From Tubulanus polymorphus (lineage: Eukaryota > Animalia > Nemertea), in NCBI RefSeq assembly GCF_964204645.1, contig NC_134030.1:2770778-2834777 (forward strand): a stretch of DNA of 64,000 nt, written 5' to 3'. A model generated the notes under the pieces. It was given only the letters and a program-made list of their open reading frames with translations, was not told the origin of the DNA and made no database searches. Positions 54,361 through 64,000 of this stretch are shown here, in pieces. Position numbers and translations under genes: made by a program. The number at the start of each line of letters is the position of its first letter. The first letter of the stretch is position 1.

Positions 54361-57300
54361 TCACTCTTTTAGTTTCATAGACGAGACGATAGCGGTTAAT
54401 TCCTCGGTTAATGTTTCGTATCTGTAAGCTATTCGTACGTCTGGAACGTTCGTTCTCTGTATGTCGTTACCCGCGATACCTTCATTCGTGTAATTTGGAC
54501 CGATCCAATGCTGTTTTACCTATCAATTAATGAGACATACCGGTACATTTTTCACCTTCAAAATTAAACACATGTTTAACATATTTTTCAAAAGATTCTC
54601 GAAAGGAGCGGGCACGTAATTCTAAAAGGACATCAAAATTTTCAGTTCCCTCCCATGGATGCTTAGTACTTTATGAATGACCTCAAAATTGCGCTTGTTG
54701 AAAAATCTTAAATTTAATTGTTCGTTTTTTACCCTCCTTCAATCTCTGTATTACAGCCTGTCATATGCTTTCCGTGAAATATATTTGAACTTGAACTTCA
54801 AGAAGAATAAATTGTCGTACCTCGTGTTCAAATCCACTCATTAAAACACTGTTACGTGCAAGTTCACTCATATCAGTCGGGGTTAGTTTCCATACTTGAG
54901 CGGCTATACTGTACTCTTCCATTAGAGGTTCCTGAAATTACATACATTCATCATCAGTATTTAGTTTTGCTATCAGGATCAGGGTGGATTTAGAAGGTAG
55001 CACAGATTAGACAAGAAGATACACAATATGATGGTAACGAGAGAAATCCCACAATAACGAAACCAAGATCGAAAAATTCTATATCAGAATGATTATATTT
55101 GAGGAGCGACGTTTCGGCTAACAACTGTTAGCCATCATCGGGCAGTACACCTGATGATGGCAGTTGTTAGCCGAAACGTCGCTCCTCAAATACAATCATT
55201 CTGATATAGAATTTTTCAATTTTGGCTTTGTTATTGTGGGATTTCTCTCGGTAGCACAGATGCATGTACTACCTAAATACTTTACTTAGAAATTCATTTG
55301 TATATTATTGAATATAGATTTATAAGATATAGAATTACTGATGTTGTGTGCAGATCAAAAACTTTAAATCAGTCCTTGTATAATTTTAATTCACTTACCA
55401 AATTAAAGGAAACTTAATAAGTCCCCTTATTAGTGCATTAGTTAACGTTGGCTAATTTATTGGAATTGGTTTTAGTGTTACTTTAGCAATCAAAAACTTT
55501 AAAGCAGTCCTAGAGTAATTAGCTAGAATTAGTTCACTTTGTCTAATTAATTTGAAGTAAATATCTGTGTTACTTTAAGATTAAAAAGATTTAATTTGGG
55601 GGGCAATTGTCCGGGTTGCAGTTGTCCGGGGGCAATTGTCCTGATACCTGTAGAAACAGATATTTACCTTAGTGAAATGAAACTGTAACGGATCGTCAGT
55701 AGATAGAGATACTAGTAACCCTCGCGCGAGATATTCCGGCAACGGATTACGATGATAGTTGAGAAACAATGAGTTATTACTGAGCGGCGACATGGCCATT
55801 CCAACTTGAGCGAGATAATATAAATACTGTAAAACTGGCACCTGAAACATACATCGTTTAACGATTAAATTCATACCGGTCGATTCAAGGAGCGTGTAAC
55901 GAACACTAGATAAGGATACCTTTCTAAGTAGAAGTCCGTGTGAAATGTTTTCAGCCACCATAAATCCGGTCACTAGATGATGCACTGGTCCGGCCTCACC
56001 GCAGTGAGGACGTAGATTTAATAGATTCATACCACGTTCCCTGTTAATTAAACACACAAAACCTTTAAAAATCTTCCAAGAATATATAGAGGTCGCTTAC
56101 GTGATGTCTCCAACCAGTGCTGGACGCTTGCCACCCATAACAACAACATGATAAGATTATCAGGGGATTTACAACCAATATGGCATCGTCAAGCCAAACG
56201 ATCACATGCTGCAATATCTCAATTGATATGCAGTGACGTTGGAAGTGCAGCGACTACAGCGTCGAAAGCCACGGCAATAATTTCCTGAATGATGTTTTTT
56301 TTTCATTCTATACCGTGCAGTTAGCTCAGTTGGTTGAGTGGAGGACTGGGAACTGAGAGGTCCCTAGTTCGAAACCACCTCTGGGGTTGGCTGTCGAGAC
56401 ACATACATGGACTAAGCTCTGCTAACTTAGTCAGGTTGTGAGCCATAACAACCTATAAAAAGGCCCTGGCCGTCTCTTAAGACCCACTAGGGTTACACTG
56501 TAACTAATTGCAGTTGGGACGTACAACACTTTTAAAAACTTCTAAACGATACTATGTTCTTGACGAAATTGAAGTAAATTCGCCGCAGCAATATAGTCAA
56601 AACCTGTCAAAAATCGAGAATTGGTCACAGCAATCAAAAATTGCTTCCAACGTGGCTCATATGAAGATAACTTACTTTCTGAAGTGATTCAATACGGTTA
56701 GATTCGCGTACATATAGAATATATAGTAAGCGTACGGTGGATTTTCATCGCTGGTCCAATTCTGCGGCAGAGGACTCGTTTTCTCGAACGAGGATAATTC
56801 AGGTTTTGATTCGTCGTCCACTGAATCCAAACCACTTACCTTCAAATATAGAATTAACATATTAATAGAGTTGTCGCTATTAAAGTGCAGCTCGAGTGGC
56901 CAAATTCTGACCAACCCTTATATTCAATTCGTACACTACGTATATCTGTGGTCGTATTGTGACGATAATATGTAGAAAATCCCAGACTGAATAATAACGG
57001 AAAATAATATAAAGTCTGAAAATGTTTCCTTGAACTGATAGTTTATTCAATGTTTCGACTATAATAATCATTGTCTAATAGTCCTCTAATAGTCTTCTAA
57101 CAGTCATCTTATTTGTATGAAATGACTGTGGGATTTTCTACATATTATCAATGTATACACACTTTGTGAACGGCCTCCTTTTCGAGGCATCGATATCTAA
57201 AACTCTCTTAACCCTTTCAGTGCTGACTAATTAATACCCTATAGTGCTGGAGATGATTTGAAAATTTTAAAAATTTCCGCCCTAGTGTGTTGAACAACGG

Positions 57301-60300
57301 GAATACCACTATAGTGCGTCTACACTGCGGTGCGGTGTATCGTTTGTTACTAGTATTTCACTATGTTTGACACGTGCTGCCATTTTTCCAGAGAGATAAC
57401 GACTAATCACTAATTAAATCAATACACCGCAGTGCGGTGTACTAGCAATCACTATCACTGATTTATACACCGCACTGCGGTGTAGACGCACTGAAAGGGT
57501 AAATAACTTACGTGGCGTAGGAATTTGTGTAATTCAGGATGACTGCTCGGGTCGTTCGTCACCTCGAACAACGGTTTAAACAGATTGTCGATTAATTCTT
57601 CGAAGTTTTTGACGATTTTATTGCTTTTATAAACGTCGCTGAAAACACGAAAGAGAACGAAAAATTTTGATCAATCGCTGCCGTCATTTTTTAAGTCTCA
57701 TATTTCTAATCGAGGTCGCGAATGAAATTACGTACTAAAGCCTAGGTACTTGAATAAGCCATCTGACATTATCGGAATATACGTGATGTTCTATCGCCCA
57801 TTTCGCCAGTTTGTCCCATTCATCTTTCGATCGTCCATAAATTGACAAACGCAGTTCAGCATTTTGATATTTGCTTTCTTCGAGATCGTTGAGTACTTCC
57901 TGAAAAAGAGCAGCGCATCTTTTTAGAAAACGTCCAAATATCGAACAGTCGAACAGGGTGGCGCCCTGACTATTCCCTGACATGCTAGTTGTTTTCCCTG
58001 ACTTGATCCAATCTATTAACGCAGTCAAATATGTAAAACACAGAAATTGATTTTACGCGCGATCTAGAAATCTGAACAAATTACCCAGACTTTTCCCTGA
58101 TTTTCAGCTTTTGTACAAAATTCTTTTTAGAAAAGAAAATTCCCCGACTTTTTTGTTTGATTTTCAGGCAAAACTGGCTCCAACCTGTTGAATTATCAAA
58201 CAAAATAGACTCGTACTTACTTTCATTACTTGAGCAAAATATTTGCCACCAACATGATTGTCGGTTTTCATGAACACTTCCCTCAGCCTGCTCTCTCCGA
58301 TCGGGTTGTATTTAGCGTTGAACTTGTCGAACCGATGAAATGTGTTTCTATCCTGTAACGAATTCAGTAAAATGTCAACGAATAATGATACATTCAAGTG
58401 AACTTGGGGAGCTGCAGGATGTAGCTTAAGTCAAAAGTGTACGAGCGGCGTGTATAGTTAGGTAATAAAGGACGCGTACTTCAAGACTGACTTATTAATA
58501 CGGCACAGATTTTTAATGATGTCGCTGAATGGAAATAGATATAAATCTTACATTTGAAGGTCTTGTTGTTGATTATAGCATCGAGTTAAGCCTATACAGG
58601 ACTCGTTTTACATTAAGACTCAATATGCAAAGCATACGCGATGCGAGCAACGATCATCTAAATTTGCTCTGATTTTTGCCTAACGTACATAATGAAAATT
58701 GCTTAATATAGTACGATAACCACACTCAAACGTGGTGAACAGATAATACGATAAAAACCCCAATATTTACAAATTAAAAGAAATCTAAAAACCTGACGAT
58801 GATCTCTAGGGCGAGATCGAAACGTCGTGTTTTTACATCTAAGATTGTTTCAATAAATAAATTCTCGAATATAGATTTCTTTTAATTTGTAAGTAGTGGG
58901 CTTTTTATCGTATCTGCTTAATTTATTTTTTCAATATGTTGATACTTACGGCGTGAACGTCTAACATATCAACGCTGAGATCATACGCGGAAAGATTCAT
59001 CTCATCAAACACTTGACTCAATGATAACTCTTTACCGGTCTGTTTATCTTTCACTGCCATATCATCGCAGTGAACTTTCAACATCTTCTTGATGAATCGT
59101 AGTAAATGTTTTTGATTCATCGCTGATGACGCGTGAATGTGAGTATCCACCTGAAAGAACATCGCTATAGATACTATTGGTCCTCTAGTTTTATAGCTAC
59201 TCTATACAGAAATCTTCTATTTGAGTAACACAGAACTAACACTGGCAACACTGAACTCTAATTGAGCTATCGACAAAGATGATACTAAAACTACCGGTAT
59301 ATATCTCACAGATTTGGGGATAGTTTTCTAGATGCAGTAGACTCTGCTTTAGTCAGTCGTAGCTCGAGTGCTGTAGATATTTCACTAAGTTTGGAATCAG
59401 AGAACTGGGCGGTGTTGGGACTACTGTAAATATTTGACCAGATACTGAGTTCAGAAATAGGGAAATAGAGGACATTTTTAAACTGAAGAAGGGTGGTAGA
59501 AACCACCTTCGAAATATTTCCAGTATTTCTAAATAAACCTTTTAAATTCATTAAATAATTGTGGGATTTTATACTCATTGTTTCATCACGGATAATTGTG
59601 ATCTTACTGATACTGAGGTTTTTCGTGATAGATTTCGATAAAATACATCATCTTTAGCGGTGTGCCAAGTTAACCGGCACCGATTAAGGCGGAGTCTACT
59701 GTACTTAAATCTAATCAATTACTATTCACCTTTCTGATATTGTAGAAGTCTCTGTGTGGAACCTCTTTCTGTGCTGCTGATTCACGGAGCTCATTCAGTA
59801 ATTGATGTAACTGAAACTTCGCTGACAGGTAACTTAATCTCCGATAGCAGAATGATTTCCTGTTGAGAAGAATAGATACTAATTCTGAGTTTTCCTGATA
59901 CAATTCATATAAAGGCACATTGAAAATCATGTATGTGGGGTCCATTGCCTATGAGTCTATGAGTACGTTGCTTTATAGAGGCAAGGAATATGATGTAGTG
60001 AAGTTTTGCTACGTAGGATTTTCCCGATATTCAAGGACAATTCAGTCAGGAATTTCTCAAATTTAGCAGAGATATGAGGTCTTCAACAGGCCGGCCACTT
60101 TTATTTGCCTCGCTCTTTCCCTCGACTATTCCTTGACTTTTCTAAAGAAAAGAAAATTCCGTGACTCTTTCCTTGATTTCCAGGTTAGTGCCCCCACCCT
60201 GATGGATATAGAGAAGTTTTCAAGGAACCCCGAGTCATCAGTCTAGAAAGAGAAATATTTCTGATTCGACTCACAGAGGACCGTCCGTTGTGAAAGCCAG

Positions 60301-63161
60301 CAGCAAATTCTGATCGATAATAAATGCGTTTCGATCGATGTACGGAAAATCGATCGGATCGTCTGCTGAGAGGGCAGCACCGTTCTCGTAAATACGATAT
60401 ATTCCATCTTTAATCTTCAGTTTGTAGCCGGCTGATTCCGGTAGATCGCAGTAGAACGGATCGTTCGTCGATGGAGCATGTACTGGATGATCTGTAATCA
60501 AATATATTCAATCGTAATTACCACAAAAATCTTTTAATCGAATATTTTATCGCGCAAGTTTTTGCTTAATCAGCGAAAGCGTTAGTTTAGACAGCCGCAT
60601 GCTTTCATCAGAGCGTAAAAAAAACAGTTTCAGAACATTATGAAAAATAACGTTTTTTTTGTTAGTTCATTAAAAACAAAACGCTAATCGCTAGAAATAA
60701 AATGTGAGTTGCTGATGCTAGGTAGATGATTAAACAAGTTAACAAAGATATCCCGGGGCAGTTGCTCAAAAGTTTGTTAAAGCGACAATAATTACCAGAG
60801 TGACAATTTGAAAAGCGTTGTCACTATGGTGTTTTTTCACTTTCAAGCACTGGAACCCTAAAGTCACAGACAATATGTGTGTCACATCTAATATTTGTGA
60901 TACATTACAAGTCACCATTATACAGGCTACGCAGCTGTCAATCCGCTGCCTGTAACCATCACTCTCAGACAACACTATAACCGTATTTGATGGATGATTT
61001 TCTAATCCCAGCGAGGGCGAATCTAGGGTCTGATTTAGGGAATGGTGCACCCCCAAAATAGGGCATATTAAAAGGGCACCCGAAAGGTTAGCTCAGAAAA
61101 CATGAACAATATGAACATTTTTTGGAAATACTAAGAAGCTTATGAATTCAAGCTTTTTTAGGTATAATCTTAATTTTTCATTTTCCCATAAAATTTCAGG
61201 GTAACCTTTTTTACCTTTTTACAAGGAGATTGTGTGTACCCCTTGCACCCTGCCCTTGGATCCGCCCCTGACAGCCTATATAGCTGGCCCAAGATGATCT
61301 GATTTTCCACGCTTGGTGATGAAATTTCAGTGGGATGGAAACAAGAGAAGCGGCTGTTAGTCGACAGTCATAGTGTAGGAGGGTACAGGCAGCAGATTGA
61401 CTACTGCATTAGTGATGGTAATACATTGCAAATATCACGCCTTTCGCTTAATAGTTAAATACTGAATAACTGATATTCAAGTTGTTGAAACAGTTCACAC
61501 CGTGGTGGAAGGAATACAACTAGTAATGAAGCAGTCCAGTCACCTAGTAATAGCAGCAATAGATTCCAACCCGATTCAACATCAGATCTAAATCCCGGCG
61601 AGGCATCTCGCGGTCGGGTATACACAATGTGTTACGGGGGAGAATAACTCTGTAATGTTTTGTGTGTTTTAAAATCAGCCTATCATCAATCAAATCTACC
61701 TCTGATGGATTGTTTTTCCAAGTCCGGAATTTTATCTTCAAAAAAACAACAACAACAAAAAGAAAATAACACAAAAAAGATAATATACGATGCAAGCAAT
61801 AAAGGAAGCTGTTTGCTGTTTATTCACAGACAGCGCTCATATTGAATGTAGCTGCACATTAAGGTTTCAGCTTCATTTTCTAATGAAACGAAGATATCGT
61901 TTTCTGTTGAAACCAAAGTTAACCTTTAATGAGTAAAATCTTAGTAGACGCAGCATCCTCCCTTGGCAGAGATTCGAACCTGATGTCATCGTGAGACTTT
62001 GCCACGGCACAAAACCCCGCCTGATCAGCCACAGCACACGTTCATGCGCAGCTTAGTTGTACAAAGACGTGGAGCGCCAATCCAGATTGCCTGGTTGGGT
62101 TTTGCACCGCGACAGAATCTTGTGATGCCATCAGGTTTGAATCCCTGCCGAGGGAGGATGTACACTACTATAGATGCTGTACGCATATAACTTTCTATAT
62201 ACCATTTTCTTAATGAACTAATTTGCTTAATAGACAATGAAATAAATCTATGTTCTAAGATCATGATTTTGTTCAACATCGATATGTGTCACTATTTGAC
62301 CAGATTTGACCTCAATTTACATCAGGGACCAAAACGCCGCCCTTTCATTCTTGGACCACTCACCCTCGACACTTTTCTTCGCCGTGACGTCGTTATTCTC
62401 ACCGGCTCCGCCGAGGTAACCTTCGTTTTCGAGACTTTGCAGAAATCTCGACGTCGTTTTCGGGAAAGACTGTAACGCTAACGTCATATACTTCTCACGG
62501 ATTACGAGAGCTTTGATTAAATCTTCCGACGCTTCTTTAAGATCTTCGAGCGGTACCTTTAATTTCAATTAAATAACATCATTTAATTTCATACATTAAA
62601 TGTAGGGTACACAAATTCCCTGACTTTCCCTGATTTCCAGGTAAGATGCTGCACCTGGTTTTCTTTTTGAAATATATCATTAATGAATACAGATAGGGAA
62701 GGTCCACTGTGAACCTTGAGGTTCTCATAGAAAACCGGTAACATCTTGCAATTTGACATCTTAATGTTATATTTGAATTATATTCAATGATTGAAACAGC
62801 TGCCGATACCTTCGCTCAGTGGTATCGACAACAAGTCGAAACGTTCAAATAAAGTCCCTCAATTGACAAAAAATCATCCCTTATTTTCTAAAAGTTTCGC
62901 GATTTATTGACTTGTGCACAGGACAGTTGTGCATCATCTTGTATCGAAAAACTGTTTAAAATTTTCTCCAGACCCCGGCTTTGATTTGCACACCCCCGAC
63001 CCCGAGGTCATATAGATCAGTCGCTGGTACACGTAGATACACGTACCCCACTGGCGTGTTCTCCACTGATACTGATACGTTGAAAATTAGGTATCAATTC
63101 ATCGTCTTCATCATCAAATTCCATCGAGGACGACACCCGCACTTCATCATTGTGTAACGAC
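54361..63161 (-). CDS. AMPD2: AMP deaminase (AMPD2-like), 13 exons visible, 5' part probably outside window
   Basis: HRDFYNIRK|[70 protein letters not shown]|EPLMEEYS. Exons 63161-63047, 62556-62364, 60491-60275, 59859-59730, 59150-58950, 58352-58221, 57899-57736, 57638-57512, 56839-56676, 56040-55920, 55841-55668, 54931-54821, 54519-54361. Confidence 0.96.
54996..55261. mobile_element. Palindromic Penelope-like mini-element with two inverted hammerhead cores
   Basis: 12-bp direct repeat ggtagcacagat (54996-55007, 55250-61). Palindrome 55038-55250. Plus strand CUGAUGA-U-GGC..GCC-GAAAC-GUC (55151-80); minus strand CCGAUGA-U-GGCUAAC/GUUAGCC-GAAAC-GUC (55108-41). 30-nt one-sided tail. Confidence 0.8.
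56313..56530 (+). mobile_element. tRNA-derived SINE
   Basis: A box tagctcagttgg, B box agttcgaaacc, non-tRNA body ending gttgggacgtacaac; no valid cloverleaf. Confidence 0.65.
56964..57170 (-). mobile_element. Decayed member of the 16.5-kb hammerhead mini-element subfamily
   Basis: Arms gataatatgtagaaaatccca / tgggattttctacatattatc. Internal gtttcgactata...agtcatctt has a duplicated loop and has lost CUGA. Tail hairpin cacactttgtg. Confidence 0.62.
57212..57499. mobile_element. piggyBac-like MITE, inverted copy of 53944-54229, next to an AMPD 5' splice site
   Basis: TTAA-ccctttcagtgc...gcactgaaaggg-TAAA. Confidence 0.87.
58700..58922 (+). mobile_element. Palindromic Penelope-like mini-element with intact hammerhead core
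   Basis: 8-bp direct repeat tgcttaat (58700-07, 58915-22); CUGACGA-U-GAUCUC/GAGAUC-GAAAC-GUC (58793-58826); AATAAA; inverted ~45 bp arms; 32-nt tail with ccac..gtgg hairpin. Confidence 0.8.
59483..59603 (+). mobile_element. Solo Penelope-like pLTR end with hammerhead-like core
   Basis: CUGAAGA-AGGGUGGU-agaa-ACCACCUU-C-GAAAU-AUU, then AATAAA, ttgtgggatttt (59559-70) and tail hairpin atcac-ggataatt-gtgat; stem I is poor. Confidence 0.65.
61954..62160. mobile_element. Inverted-repeat element whose ~70 bp arms are tRNA-like (B-box) sequences
   Basis: catcctcccttggcagagattcgaacctgatgtcatc / gatgccatcaggtttgaatccctgccgagggaggatg; relatives at 4281-4345, 24885-24912 and 36257-36417. Confidence 0.65.
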
Positions 63162-63363
63162 CTACAATCACATTAACAATCGTCAATCAGCAGGAAAATA
63201 TCTCTATAGAAAACATGCAACAACAAAACAACCTGGAGATACAAACATCAACTCAAATGATACAAAATACTGAAATCACAGGGGCCTGACAACTTTATTT
63301 ACTCCCAGTGGTATCCTAGGTACGACATATAATAACAGTACGGTACCAGTATCTAGGATACTG

Positions 63364-63868
63364 GGGCCGGTTGCATTGACTTAACAGTCTAAGACCAACT
63401 TAGTTCTATAACAACTTAAGACCAGTCTTAAGATTTAAGACCACTTTATTGGACTTAAGTCACGACTGTGCAACTGGCCTCTGGTCCTCCAAAATTGGTG
63501 TTAAATCTTAAGACTAGACTTCAGTTGTTAGATAAGCTATATAACTACGATCAATGCCATCAATGTGCACCTGATCTGCAGGGGGTTTATAGCTGTGTCA
63601 GACCCATGTGGCTGAAATAGCAAAATAAAGATACAGAGTTTCCTAACAATCCAGGGCCCAGTTGCACAGTTGTGACTTAAGTACAAAAGTAGTCTTAAAT
63701 CTTAAGACTGGTCTTCAGTTGTTAGATTGGCTACAGAACTAAGTTGGTCTTAGACTGGTCTTAAGTTTAAGCCATGACTATGCAACTGGCCCCCGGACCC
63801 AGTTCCACAGTTCAGAGTTCATTCATTGAAAGTGAACTAATTTCAACTCTGACTGTGAGACTGGATCC
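63364..63868. mobile_element. Cluster of family B and family C MITEs in AMPD intron
   Basis: gggccggttgc...gcaactggcc (63364-63480); gggcccagttgcacag...gcaactggcccc (63654-63793) abutting ggacccagttccacag (63795-63868). Confidence 0.78.
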
Positions 63869-64000
63869 AATTCTAAGGTGGTGGCCCTGGGAAAGGGAGA
63901 GGGAACATCTTACAGTCAAACTCGCTTAAGTTGTCATAGCAAGGACGATCATTATGTCAATGACTTATCCAAATTGGGACTGAAAATAATGAAGACTTTA

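Noticed and set aside
59300-59480. GIY-YIG endonuclease C-terminal remnant upstream of the 59483 hammerhead
   Set aside because: Only a weak IFDQIL resemblance, with stops; cannot be supported by eye
62321-62363. Extension of the AMPD exon ([14 protein letters not shown])
   Set aside because: The canonical donor GTGAGT at 62363 gives an in-frame join to DHPVHAP

Overview
Eukaryotic (animal, probably marine invertebrate/lophotrochozoan-like) AT-rich genomic DNA with GT-AG introns and no obvious CpG depletion. Left half (1-29 kb), gene-poor and repeat-rich: two tandem intronless class A GPCR paralogues, an intronless GT32 (DxD) glycosyltransferase, CT/GA micro- and minisatellites, foldback elements and possible decayed viral/Polinton-like fragments. 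Right half, compact housekeeping block: RBBP9 (-) head-to-head with Enhancer of Polycomb (EPC1/2-like, +, 13 coding exons), DNA polymerase eta (POLH, +, 10 coding exons), and a convergent AMP deaminase (-, 13 exons visible, 5' end probably outside the window). Introns hold many MITEs (Harbinger/PIF-like, piggyBac-like) and tRNA-derived repeats. The most notable unannotated signal is a set of short (~180-250 bp) insertions, mostly palindromic and unrelated in primary sequence. They share a minimal hammerhead-ribozyme core (CUGANGA-stem II-GAAAY-NUH), a TGTGGG(A)TTTT-like end and usually a one-sided ~30-37 nt tail with a CAC..GTG hairpin; three have 8-14 bp target duplications. They are best read as Penelope-like inverted pseudo-LTR mini-elements. 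Inside the AMPD gene the intact cores are all antisense, while the sense copies are mutated. All calls were made by eye, without database searches.
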